From the NCBI GenBank assembly GCA_964467655.1, contig CAYXSN010000002.1, forward strand, positions 27,327-91,326: DNA of 64,000 nt. The letters are read 5' to 3'. How positions within the stretch are numbered: the first letter of the stretch is position 1; the number at the start of each line of letters is the position of its first letter. This DNA comes from an uncultured Candidatus Saccharimonadales bacterium. Lineage in GTDB: Bacteria > Patescibacteriota > Saccharimonadia > UBA4664. Below the pieces are notes generated by a model. It was not told the origin of the DNA and searched no databases. It saw only the letters and a program-made list of their open reading frames with translations. Position numbers and translations under genes: made by a program. Below, piece after piece: positions 29,017 to 38,952 of this stretch.

Positions 29017-31131
29017 TTAGCGATTAATCCTGGTCTGGCCCATCAAGCGTCGGATGATCCCGTCACCGATCTGCTCGGCATATTTGTCCGCAACCAATGG
29101 GCTTGTGATGTTCGCGCCGTCTAGGTTGACGGTAACTTGTGTGCCGCCACCGCTACCAGCCGTGCTAACCCGGCCAGCCACCATCTTAGAAGTCTCGTAG
29201 GTGTTGTACACATTTGAGCCACTTGGCAACGAGATAAGCTCTGGCCCATGCTCACCGACCATAGCCAGACCTCCTGCGAAGCCACGAACACCCGATGCAA
29301 AGCCGGGGATATGCAGGTTGTGCAACAGGTTCGCATTTGGCAGGTTAAGTAATTTCGCACCATAATCCGCAATTTTGCCAATCAGACCGCTCCAGCTATT
29401 CGCGGAATCGTTCACCTTACGCTTAGATTCGTCGAGCTTGGCGTTCAGGTTGTTCTGAGCGTTGGCGACCTTGTCGGAAGAGTCCTTAACTTGGTTCTGA
29501 GCGTCTTTTACAGCGTTGTTGGCATCTTTTAGCCGGTTGTTGGCACCCTCGAGATTGTAGGCCGCCTGACGTGCTTCAAGGCTGGTAGGGCCATACTGAC
29601 GTACTGCTTCATTGTAGCTACGCTGAGCTTGTTCGACCGCCAGTGACGCACCCTGCTCGTCATATTGGGCATTCTTCAGCCTATCGCTGGCCTCTTTCGC
29701 CTCATCCATTGCGCGAGCTAAGTCACGCTTGGCATCAGCGGTCTGCTTGGCCTGCATTGCGTTGCTGAATAATGCCTGTGTCAGCGTACCAACCACGCCA
29801 ACTACCGGGTATGCGGCACCCAAGAATGTCACAACGCTCTTGCCCCACGTGTCCCAATGCTGGACTGCAAGCACCATGATCGCCACCAGCGCACCAATTG
29901 CCGCACCGATTGCCAATACCGGCCATGTCGCCGCAACAGTTGCCACTGCCGCAGGGATGGCAGCCGCCGCCCACGCGACGAAGGATGGTACGAGCGTTGA
30001 AAGAACGGCGGCGGCAAATGCACCGATTCCGGCTGCCAACGGGATAATGACCGCCTGTAAAACGTTCGCTTTATCGGCCATCAGTTTGATAATGGCACCC
30101 ACGGCGGCACCGGCGGCTATGAACGGGATGAGGGGAGCCAAAGCCGTCCAAACCGATACGCCTAGTGCTGCGAACGCGGGGACAAGACCACCGACTATTG
30201 CGCCGACGATGATGGGCGCGTTGTTCTTCATCCAGCCAAATGCCGCCATGATCTTTGGCTCCAGTTCGGAGAGCTTCTGGGTAATGACCGGGATCATTCG
30301 GCTCATCGAATCAAATAATCCACCCGGTTTGACGACTAAGCCAAGCTGCGGATCGACCTGAACGCCCAATAATCGACGGCCAAATTCCATCACGCTATCT
30401 TTTAGCGTACTTAGGCGGCCATTAAATGTCTCCGCCAGCTTAGTTGTACCTTGAAAGGCAAATTGACCGCTCTGGCCTGCTTTCTCGAACGCCTTATTGA
30501 ACACTTCAAGACTAATGCCTCCGCTTGCCCAGATGTCCTGTAGCTTGGAGGTGTCTACGCCGACGTTTTTAAGCATTTTGCCAATCGGCACCCCCATATC
30601 AATCAACTGGTTAAAGTTCTCGGCCTGCAAGCGTCCGGCACCAGTCACTTGGCCGAATACCACGGCTAGATTCTTCAACGGGCTTCCAGTGACGGCGGCG
30701 ATGTCGCCCAACTGTCGCATTTTGCCCATAACTAGATCTTCATTGATGCCGAATCCTAGTAGGTTTTTGCCAGCGGCTGCGATTTCCGGAAACTCAAAAG
30801 GCGTGTTATTAGCGTATGCAGCGAGCTGTCCGAATAATTTATTGGCTCGGTCGGTGTTGCCGATCAACACCTTGAACGAGTCGCTGGTCTGCTGCAGGTC
30901 GGCCGCACTCTTTACCGCAACGCCGCCCAGCGCTGCAGCCGAACCGACGACAACGGTTAAGATGCCTGCAAGCTTTTGGCTGCTATCGATTGCCGCCGCC
31001 ATGCTTTTCTGCATGTGAGCGGTTGCGCCCTCAACCTGATTCGCAAAATTCTGAACGGACGCTAGACCAGTTTTTAGTCCGTCTGTTTTTGCCACGAGCG
31101 AGACGATTATTGAACCTAAGTTGAACGCCAT
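29017..31131 (-). CDS. Tail tape measure protein
   Basis: ANNTPFEFPEI TMP domain, LSTLKD, hydrophobic repeats, GFASG..GGLAMVGEHGPELISLP; SD AGGAGG. Confidence 0.9.
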   Translation of the reverse strand: MAFNLGSIIVSLVAKTDGLKTGLASVQNFANQVEGATAHMQKSMAAAIDSSQKLAGILTVVVGSAAALGGVAVKSAADLQQTSDSFKVLIGNTDRANKLFGQLAAYANNTPFEFPEIAAAGKNLLGFGINEDLVMGKMRQLGDIAAVTGSPLKNLAVVFGQVTGAGRLQAENFNQLIDMGVPIGKMLKNVGVDTSKLQDIWASGGISLEVFNKAFEKAGQSGQFAFQGTTKLAETFNGRLSTLKDSVMEFGRRLLGVQVDPQLGLVVKPGGLFDSMSRMIPVITQKLSELEPKIMAAFGWMKNNAPIIVGAIVGGLVPAFAALGVSVWTALAPLIPFIAAGAAVGAIIKLMADKANVLQAVIIPLAAGIGAFAAAVLSTLVPSFVAWAAAAIPAAVATVAATWPVLAIGAAIGALVAIMVLAVQHWDTWGKSVVTFLGAAYPVVGVVGTLTQALFSNAMQAKQTADAKRDLARAMDEAKEASDRLKNAQYDEQGASLAVEQAQRSYNEAVRQYGPTSLEARQAAYNLEGANNRLKDANNAVKDAQNQVKDSSDKVANAQNNLNAKLDESKRKVNDSANSWSGLIGKIADYGAKLLNLPNANLLHNLHIPGFASGVRGFAGGLAMVGEHGPELISLPSGSNVYNTYETSKMVAGRVSTAGSGGGTQVTVNLDGANITSPLVADKYAEQIGDGIIRRLMGQTRINR

Positions 31132-31253
31132 ACTACACCTCCTGAAGCGGAGGAATTGAGCGCACAAACACAAAGAAAGGCCTTGAGCGATGTGCGCTCA
31201 ATTCCTTCCAGATATATCTATTATACCGCTTTCGCTATCTGTTGGACAGGAGC

Positions 31254-31592
31254 TTAGTCAACCCGTTCGGCAGGGATGAGGTGGATCATGACCTCGCTCA
31301 CACGGTTTGTGAGAGTCGTATCGGCGTATATGGCGCTGCGGAATATCTCAAGGCCATCGTCAAGATCTAAACCTTGAGCTTCGGTGATAGTCATCCCCGT
31401 GACATTTGCAATCATTTCTGGCATCACCTCTAGGGCCGCCACGTATACATTGTTTAGGAAGCCCTCAAAGACCGTGCGGGTTGTCGGGTCGGAAAAGTCT
31501 GCGCGTTTTAGTTCACGATGAGGGTCGATCTTGGCCCCGGCCGAATGCAAGATCGTGGCTATCTCGGCTGCGTTAAATGGTCGTACTGTCAT
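31254..31592 (-). CDS. Putative tail assembly chaperone
   Basis: Size, position directly upstream of the TMP, VTGMTITEAQGLDLDD motif. Confidence 0.5.
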   Translation of the reverse strand: MTVRPFNAAEIATILHSAGAKIDPHRELKRADFSDPTTRTVFEGFLNNVYVAALEVMPEMIANVTGMTITEAQGLDLDDGLEIFRSAIYADTTLTNRVSEVMIHLIPAERVD

Positions 31593-31676
31593 GCCATCCC
31601 CCTTGTTCTCTCAAACATACCCTGAAGTATGCCTCGCCATCTAGTGATTTCATCCATTAGAGTGTTCCAACTAATA

Positions 31677-31693
31677 CCCTGTAGCTCCACCAT
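31677..31693 (+). repeat. att core (distal) CCCTGTAGCTCCACCAT
   Basis: Exact copy of the tRNA-Ala(GGC) 3' end. Confidence 0.9.
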
Positions 31694-31909
31694 TTAGATA
31701 ATTCCTATACTAAGCCAAAAATAGCGCTCGTCTTATGAAAAAGATAGGCGCTATTTGCGAATTATGGCCCCGCAAAGGTAAAAAGCGCAGTTCGAATCCC
31801 TTTTGACCTACATCCGAAATTACATATTTAGGTTCATGGGAAATCGTAAGCCAGCCGTAGTAGGCTACGGCCAATCATCTGGACGGAGCACATCTGATAC
31901 AATTTACTT

Positions 31910-32875
31910 ATGACTGAATCTGAGCAATTCTCTCCCGATCATGCTAGATCCAATTTTGAATTATCGACGTCTGATATTCCACCTGAGGTGCATCCACAGG
32001 TGGAAGCTGTCGGCCCTAACCGTGATGTGACAGGTGGCCGAGAGGAAATGGCGCGGTCTTTTTTGACACAGATGAGGGAAAGTCGGGACGCGCTCGGGCA
32101 AATACCGGGTGAAATTGAAAAAACTCCTGAGCAAATTGCGGAAATCCTTCGTATTCACACTGCAGTCATCCAGCTTGGAGACGAACTAGGCGTAAACGTG
32201 CGAGACCGGCTTCCTGAAATAAGGCATTACCATCTCTTTGGCAGTCATGAGGCGTACGTACAAGGTGCGGGCATGGTTGGCAGTGAGCAGCCAACAGAGA
32301 CTGGTGGAATGTCCGATATATCGAGGGGCATATTTTGTGAGACAAGAGACGACCCCGTGCGCGATAGAACAGGCTTTGCGCACGAGATCACCCACTTTAT
32401 CGCTCGTGGCATCTTCTACCCCACAGTACACTACGATGAAGATGGTACTGGTCACCTGGGAGGCAATTACACACATGGCTTCAGCCCGCAGTCACATGCG
32501 CTAGAAGAGTGGACGAGTGACATCGGCATGCGAATAATTCTTAGGAGAGCTGGCTACGAGGACGGCGACTGGGGCGAAAGTTATCGTCCGCTAAACATGA
32601 TAGGGGACGCGCTGGTGGCTGAAACCGCGGCAGCCAACGCTGAAAGTATCGAGGCAGTAGAAAAACTATTGGTGCGAGGAAAGTTTACTGGCGATATGGA
32701 TGGGCCCCGATTAATGACCCGCGCGATTGGCCATGACCGGATGCAGCGATTTATGCAACTCCACGAGTGGTCCGATCCAGCTACTCTAGCCGAAGCCGCA
32801 ACCCAGATGTTACTGCCTGAGGTAGCCGAGAGGATTCGCACCATGTATCCCGATTCATCGTCGCACACGGAATAG
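31910..32875 (+). CDS. Hypothetical protein with HExxH zincin motif
   Basis: AHEITH with a downstream LEE. Confidence 0.7.
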   Translation: MTESEQFSPDHARSNFELSTSDIPPEVHPQVEAVGPNRDVTGGREEMARSFLTQMRESRDALGQIPGEIEKTPEQIAEILRIHTAVIQLGDELGVNVRDRLPEIRHYHLFGSHEAYVQGAGMVGSEQPTETGGMSDISRGIFCETRDDPVRDRTGFAHEITHFIARGIFYPTVHYDEDGTGHLGGNYTHGFSPQSHALEEWTSDIGMRIILRRAGYEDGDWGESYRPLNMIGDALVAETAAANAESIEAVEKLLVRGKFTGDMDGPRLMTRAIGHDRMQRFMQLHEWSDPATLAEAATQMLLPEVAERIRTMYPDSSSHTE

Positions 32876-32978
32876 ACCGGTAACGATAATATGGCCGGGG
32901 CAACCCGGCGGCACTAACGTTTGCGCATATATCGACGAAAGATGAATTAAAGAAACCCCTGCAATTTAACGAAATCTA

Positions 32979-33200
32979 TCATTTGCTGAGCCAACACTCA
33001 CGACTTCTCATTTTCTTGAAAATGGGAAGTAAACTAGCAACTCTGTTGCTAGTTATAAACGGGCTCTCGATTACGGCCTCATTCATGCAATTGTTTAGAT
33101 CTCGCATAAAGGCCTTATAAAACGTCCGCTCATCGTATAGTCGGGAGGTAAGCAAGTCTGACGAGCTTGTTTTGAAGCGATTGAAGAATCGGGGTATCAT
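32979..33200 (-). pseudogene. N-terminal fragment of a PLD-like nuclease domain protein
   Basis: FYKAFMRDL....AVIESPFIT; ends before any HxK motif. Confidence 0.6.
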
Positions 33201-33305
33201 AACTTTGACTCCCCATCGTCTGCATTTTCGGATTCATCCAATAGCTCTCGGATTTCTTTGATTTCCCCCTCAGGGTCATCACTCAAAGTTACATTACCGT
33301 ACCTA

Positions 33306-33319
33306 CAGCTCCACCATAA
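33306..33319 (+). repeat. Second att-like tRNA-Ala 3' fragment CAGCTCCACCATAA
   Basis: 14-bp identity with 3686-3699. Confidence 0.7.
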
Positions 33320-33405
33320 TAAAAACCCGAATAATAACTGCCCTGCGAGTCAACAGAAGATCTTTTGACGAACTGAGTAACTCCATTGTAGGGTATTATG
33401 TTGTT

Positions 33406-34797
33406 ATGAAACTCAAATCAACGAATCCCGCCTGTAATTACGAACTGATCGGTTCAGTGGATGTGTCAACTGATGCTGAAATCGCCACCAAGGTGGCTCG
33501 CGCCCAGGCTGTCAAGACTGCCTGGAAAGAGCTTGGGGTGAGTGCCCGTGTTCAATTACTAACTCCGATTCGCGATGAATTCCTGGCTCGCTCACAGGAG
33601 TTCGCCGAGCTCATCAGCCGTGAAACTGGCAAAGCACTCGCCGAAAGTAAGTCGGAAATGGATCGGTATGTTGGTAGCGAACTCACATGGTTTCTAGAAA
33701 ATGGCGAACGAGCGTTGGCCGATCAAATCACAGTAAAAGACGACGAATCACTGCACCGCATAGTTTTTGAACCGTATGGCGTTGCGGCCGTTATTTCACC
33801 CTGGAATTTCCCGGTTGGCATGGCGGTTTGGGGTATATTCCCCAATTTAATAGCCGGCAATCCAGTAGTGTTTAAGACGTCTGAAGAATGTCCGCTCACC
33901 GGTAAGCTTATGGAAGAAGTGATCCTAAACCACAATCTGCCCGACGGAGTGTTCTCTGAGGTCTATGGCTCGGGGGATGTTGGACAAAAGCTGGCACAGA
34001 GCAATGTGAACATACTGTGGTTTACGGGTAGTACCGGCACAGGCAAAAAATTATACAAAATTGCCGCCGATAAGTTTATAAAAGCCGTGCTTGAGATGGG
34101 CGGCTCCAACCCGTGTATCGTATTTGATGATGTTGATATCGCTGCCTCAGTGCCGATTATATTTAACGGGCGATATCGCAACAATGGCCAGTTCTGTAGT
34201 GCTTTGAAGCGCCTTATTATTCACGAGGATATTGCTGAAGAGTTGATTGTCAAACTTAGTAAAATCATTGAAAGCCAAAATGTAACTGAACCATTTGATC
34301 CTCAAGCCGATCATGGTAGCCTTGTCGCGAAACGACAACTGGAGTTATTGCAGGGCCAATATCAAGATGCGCTCGATAAGGGCGCCGTTGTCAGGGCTCA
34401 GACGAAACTACGATCGGGGCTCAATGGAGCATACTTTCCGCCCACGTTATTGAGTAATATCTCCAAGGACATGCGGGTTTGGCATGAGGAAGTATTTGGT
34501 CCGGTGCTTCCAGTGATGACATTCAAGACCGAGGATGAGGCCATCAAACTGGCAAATGACACGCCATTTGGTCTGGGTGCACGTGTGATGTCGGGTAGTC
34601 GAACACGAGCGAATAGGATCGCCTCCAAGATCGACGCAGGGTCGATACTGCTCAATCTAGAGACACGTCTCATCGCTGCGAATCCATTTGGAGGGTATAA
34701 ACTGTCGGGCCTAGGGAGAGAGCGAGGCGTTCACGGACTACAGGAATTATGTCAGATTAAAGCCATTCAGGATCGATCCGACCCATTCTACGGCTAG
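33406..34797 (+). CDS. NAD(P)-dependent aldehyde dehydrogenase
   Basis: PWNFP, FTGST, LEMGG, catalytic GQFC, EEVFGP, PFGGYKLSGLGRE. Confidence 0.95.
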   Translation: MKLKSTNPACNYELIGSVDVSTDAEIATKVARAQAVKTAWKELGVSARVQLLTPIRDEFLARSQEFAELISRETGKALAESKSEMDRYVGSELTWFLENGERALADQITVKDDESLHRIVFEPYGVAAVISPWNFPVGMAVWGIFPNLIAGNPVVFKTSEECPLTGKLMEEVILNHNLPDGVFSEVYGSGDVGQKLAQSNVNILWFTGSTGTGKKLYKIAADKFIKAVLEMGGSNPCIVFDDVDIAASVPIIFNGRYRNNGQFCSALKRLIIHEDIAEELIVKLSKIIESQNVTEPFDPQADHGSLVAKRQLELLQGQYQDALDKGAVVRAQTKLRSGLNGAYFPPTLLSNISKDMRVWHEEVFGPVLPVMTFKTEDEAIKLANDTPFGLGARVMSGSRTRANRIASKIDAGSILLNLETRLIAANPFGGYKLSGLGRERGVHGLQELCQIKAIQDRSDPFYG

Positions 34798-34835
34798 ATC
34801 TCTGGCTCTACTGTGCTAGACAATGCGCCCTAAGC

Positions 34836-36974
34836 TCATTCGCCCAAATTTGCCCGATCTACAAACCGCTTCACAAAGCCTGGTGCCCACCAATTAGCCC
34901 GGCCCAAAATCTCCATAGTTGCCGGCACGAGTATCATCCTCACAATCGTGGCGTCAATCAGTACTGCCGCCGCCAATCCGATGCCTACCTGCTGGATGAT
35001 CGAGATTTTACTGGTCGCAAACAGCCCGATAACCACCACCAACATAACGGCCGCCGAAGTAATGATGCCTGCGGTGTGCTCCACGCCCTCAGCCACAGCC
35101 GTAGCGTTGTTGCCGGTACGGTCGTAAGCTTCTTTGATGCGCGACAACAAAAATAGCTCGTAGTCCATGGCGAGCCCAAAAGCAATCGCAAAGATCAGCA
35201 CCGGCTGGTTGGCGTCTAGGGTGCCGGTAGCGTTCAAATGCAGCAGGCCGGCCAGATGCTTATCCTGAAACAGCCACACGAGCAGTCCAAAAGCCGCCGA
35301 CAATGACAGGACGTTCAAAATCATTGCCTTGATCGGTATAACCACGCTGCCCAACATGAGTACAAACAAGATAAATGTGGTTTCGGCGATGATCAGGAGA
35401 GCCCAAGGGAGCTGCCGCTGGGTACCGCTCAGGACATCCACCAGTTCGGCCGTGGGGCCGCCCACAAATAATTGCCAGCCTCCCGGCACCGGTAGGCCTC
35501 GTACGCGGGCAATGGTGTCACGAGCTGCTTGGGATTGGGCTTCGTTGGTCTCGGGCGCTTGGATGTATACATAGTTGCCCTCGACACCCGCAACCCGGGC
35601 CGTACCAATGCCGTCTACCGCCGACAGTTTATCGAGGTATTGGCTCAGTGGTTGCTGGCGGCTGGCGTCACGAGCGGCCCCATCGGCCTGCAGCACTACC
35701 GTGACGGCACTACCACCGCTCGAGTTGAAATTGTGTTGTAAGGCATCGGTAACATACCGACTCGATAAGTTGGTAGGTACGGCCGTGCCGCCGGGCAGAC
35801 TAAATTGCACCCTCAAGAATGAAGAGCCCACTGCCAGCAATAAGCCCAAAGCCAACACCAGCATAATGACCGGCCGCCTCATCACGATATGGCTGTAGCG
35901 GTACCAAAAACCGTGCTCCACTTGGCGCGACACATGAGCATGCAAACCCGGCAGGGCCCATGAGTTGATGCGCCGTCCCAGCAATCTGAGCACCGCCATC
36001 ATGAAGGTTAAGGCCAGTACCGCTGTGGCTGCCACCACGGCTGCGCCGCCGTAGCCCATGCTTTGGAGGAAATTCTGAGGAAAGACAGTCAGGCCGAGTA
36101 GGCACAAGATAACCGTCAGAGCGCTAAAGCCCACCGTCCGGCCAGCCGTGCGCAGTGTGGTCGTCGTGGCCACCGGAACCGTCGCCCCGCCTGCTAGCTC
36201 TTCCCGGAACCGGCTGACCAAAAACAGGCTATAATCAATGGCCAAGCCTAAGCCCATGAACGTAATCACATTGATGGCGTACACCGATACATCGGTCACC
36301 GTAGTAATCAGTCGGGTCAGAGCAAACGCTACCACAATGCTGAGCGCCCCCAGCCCCAGGGGCACCAGTGCCGCCACGACGCTCCTGAAGACCAGTACCA
36401 GGAGCACTGCCAATATTGGAAAACTCAAGACTTCCGCTTTCTTGAGGTCTTCAGAGATCTGATTACTAATCTGCTGGTTGATGGTAGTTGAGCCGCCGAA
36501 ATACAATTTGACGCCGGCAACATTGTCTGGCCAACGGTCCTGGAGTGCAGCGAGGGTTTTGAGCTGTTCGCCGTCCAGCGTCCCTGCCAGGGCCAGGGCA
36601 GCAAAGGTCTGCCGGCCGTCCTGAGACACAAAGAGCGGCGAGTTGGTCGAAAAGTAACTACTTACCCTGTCGACACCACTGGTTTTGGCCACCTCGTCTA
36701 AGATGCGCTGAGCAGTCTTGGCATTGTCGCCGGTTGTCATAGTCGACCCGCCGGCCGATTCAAGCAGCAATACAACATCGGTGCGCTGGCCGCCAAATTC
36801 GCGCTCCAAGATTTGTTGGGTTTGCCATGACTCCGAAGACGGGTCGGCATATCCGCCTGAGCTTAAGTGGTCAAACACTTGGAGGCCGTATATGGCGGCA
36901 ACGAGGGTCGCCACCAGACCCAGGCTGGCTGTGAGTGCCGGGAACCGGTTAACAACTTTAGCAATACTATTCAT
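34836..36974 (-). CDS. MMPL/RND-family transporter
   Basis: GLAIDYSLFLVSRFREE; FGLAMDYELFLLSRIKE. Confidence 0.92.
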   Translation of the reverse strand: MNSIAKVVNRFPALTASLGLVATLVAAIYGLQVFDHLSSGGYADPSSESWQTQQILEREFGGQRTDVVLLLESAGGSTMTTGDNAKTAQRILDEVAKTSGVDRVSSYFSTNSPLFVSQDGRQTFAALALAGTLDGEQLKTLAALQDRWPDNVAGVKLYFGGSTTINQQISNQISEDLKKAEVLSFPILAVLLVLVFRSVVAALVPLGLGALSIVVAFALTRLITTVTDVSVYAINVITFMGLGLAIDYSLFLVSRFREELAGGATVPVATTTTLRTAGRTVGFSALTVILCLLGLTVFPQNFLQSMGYGGAAVVAATAVLALTFMMAVLRLLGRRINSWALPGLHAHVSRQVEHGFWYRYSHIVMRRPVIMLVLALGLLLAVGSSFLRVQFSLPGGTAVPTNLSSRYVTDALQHNFNSSGGSAVTVVLQADGAARDASRQQPLSQYLDKLSAVDGIGTARVAGVEGNYVYIQAPETNEAQSQAARDTIARVRGLPVPGGWQLFVGGPTAELVDVLSGTQRQLPWALLIIAETTFILFVLMLGSVVIPIKAMILNVLSLSAAFGLLVWLFQDKHLAGLLHLNATGTLDANQPVLIFAIAFGLAMDYELFLLSRIKEAYDRTGNNATAVAEGVEHTAGIITSAAVMLVVVIGLFATSKISIIQQVGIGLAAAVLIDATIVRMILVPATMEILGRANWWAPGFVKRFVDRANLGE

Positions 36975-37071
36975 AGCGCCATCATAACCTGGGAGCCGCT
37001 ATCCGGCCAGCTTTACACAAGACGCGGCTTCAGGCACTATACCATTAAGCTAAACAGGAATATAACTTTCA

Positions 37072-37359
37072 GTGAATTACGTACGCAACCAACGCGGCGT
37101 TGCCTTCATCTTGGAGCTCGTCGCCGTAGCTGTGGTTCTGGTTGTGGTTGGGTTCGCCGTATACAACGCCGTATCCAATCGCCAGACCGCCAAAGATACC
37201 AGCCCGGCTGGCCTAGCCGCCACCGCCGGCAGTATTGCCGACCAAGACGCCACCGCTGACGCCGACGTCAGTACTGCCGCCGACAGCATTAGTGGCCAAG
37301 TGTTGGCGGCCGACGCTGATTTGAGTGATTTGGGGGGCACGAGCGATGTCGATTTCTAA
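37072..37359 (+). CDS. Small membrane-anchored protein with a prepilin-like N-terminus
   Basis: NQRG-VAFILE followed by a hydrophobic helix. Confidence 0.6.
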   Translation: MNYVRNQRGVAFILELVAVAVVLVVVGFAVYNAVSNRQTAKDTSPAGLAATAGSIADQDATADADVSTAADSISGQVLAADADLSDLGGTSDVDF

Positions 37360-38239
37360 GCAGCCTGTGTTCGGCAAATTGTTCCAAGCAATATCATTGG
37401 TAGCCGTCTTGCTCGTGCCGGCCACCAGTCTGGCGCAAGGTGGCAATAGCGGCCCCGGCGGTGGGGGATCAGATGATACGAAAGTAGAGTTCCGCACGCC
37501 TCGATTTGAGTCAATTGAGGCCACTCGCACGCCTCGGCCGAGCAAAAGCCCGCGCCCGACGGTGGCCACCGGCCAGTTTTGTAACCGCTTCACCGATGCC
37601 AACTCGACGCTCTCGGAGGACGTTACGAGCCGCTTCAACGATCTTCAATCCAAATTCAAAGAACGCTCAGATAAAATCAAATCCGATTTTACCGACGTCA
37701 CCGACACTCAAACGACCAACCGTAAAACTGCCGACGATAAGCTGAACGCCAAATTAACCGATCTGGCCGCCAAAGCCACTACCGACGATCAAAAAGCGGC
37801 CGTCACTGAGTTTGCCGCTGCCGTGAGAGCGGCTGTTTCCGTCCGCCGCACAGCCGTTGACGCCGCCAATGCGGCCTTCAAACAGGGCTTGCTCGAAGCC
37901 AACTCGGGTCGTCAGACCACCCTCAAAGCTGCCGCCGATGAGTACAAAGCAGCAGTCGCTACAGCTCTAGCGGCCGCCAAAACCTCCTGCGCCGCCGGTA
38001 CCGATTCGGCCGCCGTCAGGCAAGCCCTCAAAGCTGCCTTAGTCGACGCCAAAACCAAGCTTGAGACTGCCCGCAAGTCGGTCACTGGCCAAGATGCCAA
38101 AGTCCAACAGTTGAAGAGCACGCGCAAAGCCGCCGTCGAGGCTGCCAACGCCACCTTCAATGCCGCCATGAAAGCCGCCCTCGACAAATTCAAAAGTGTC
38201 GTTGGTACCCCGGCACCGACAGCCACTCCCTCAACCTAA
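37346..38239 (+). CDS. Secreted Ala/Lys-rich coiled-coil protein
   Basis: Signal peptide (SLA-Q), helical repeats. Confidence 0.8.
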   Translation: MSISKQPVFGKLFQAISLVAVLLVPATSLAQGGNSGPGGGGSDDTKVEFRTPRFESIEATRTPRPSKSPRPTVATGQFCNRFTDANSTLSEDVTSRFNDLQSKFKERSDKIKSDFTDVTDTQTTNRKTADDKLNAKLTDLAAKATTDDQKAAVTEFAAAVRAAVSVRRTAVDAANAAFKQGLLEANSGRQTTLKAAADEYKAAVATALAAAKTSCAAGTDSAAVRQALKAALVDAKTKLETARKSVTGQDAKVQQLKSTRKAAVEAANATFNAAMKAALDKFKSVVGTPAPTATPST

Positions 38240-38257
38240 AGTATCAAATTAAAAATA

Positions 38258-38294
38258 TCCCGGACCAACTACCACTCAGGTGGTTGGTCCGGGA
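38258..38294. terminator. Hairpin between convergent genes
   Basis: TCCCGGACCAAC..GTTGGTCCGGGA, with a T-run on the minus strand. Confidence 0.7.
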
Positions 38295-38318
38295 TTGGCA
38301 TGACGCCACCAGTCTGAC

Positions 38319-38450
38319 TCAGCCCAACGACTGTTGCCGGTATTCCTCGTTGATCTTGCGCAAGTGCCTGAATCCACCGGCTCCGATGTACCAGATCAGA
38401 CCAGCCGCTAGGCCGCTGACTGCTCCCAGCGCGAAAAGGCGTTTGTACAT
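38319..38450 (-). CDS. 43-aa membrane peptide
   Basis: SD AAGGAG; MYKRLFALGAVSGLAAGLIWYIGAGG... Confidence 0.55.
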   Translation of the reverse strand: MYKRLFALGAVSGLAAGLIWYIGAGGFRHLRKINEEYRQQSLG

Positions 38451-38468
38451 GTTGTGCTCCTTACATAG

Positions 38469-38825
38469 TCAGTGGCGACTCACCCAGGCCCGACAGCTTT
38501 GCCTAAACGCCTTGATCCTGGCGACGGGCCCAGTTCGAAGTGTTGCTGCTAGCTGGTCCACAAGATAGTTGCCATCAGCTGCTCTGATCGCTTGTACATG
38601 AACTACCAGGATATCTCCTGAGAGCAGCTTGATATGAAGAGTTGTCAAATCCTTGGGGGCTGTGCCAACCGCAGCATCCATAATTGCTACGAATGCCCCG
38701 AGAAACCAATTGATGATGGTGGTCTTATCTGGCGCTGTGCTGCCACTGGCAAAGCCATCGAGCCGCTCTGCAACAGTAGGCGTCAGTTGAATGGTGATCT
38801 CTTGATTACTCATTACCGCCCTCAT
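38469..38825 (-). CDS. Hypothetical protein
   Basis: 118-aa ORF. Confidence 0.5.
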   Translation of the reverse strand: MRAVMSNQEITIQLTPTVAERLDGFASGSTAPDKTTIINWFLGAFVAIMDAAVGTAPKDLTTLHIKLLSGDILVVHVQAIRAADGNYLVDQLAATLRTGPVARIKAFRQSCRAWVSRH

Positions 38826-38952
38826 CTCTCAGAGAATGAAGCTAGCCAGTAAATGACCATTACCTATTGTGGGCAGGCAACATATGATAGATAATAACGT
38901 ACTTTATTGACATACGTCAAATAAAGTACCACATCAAGCAATCATCTGAGCA

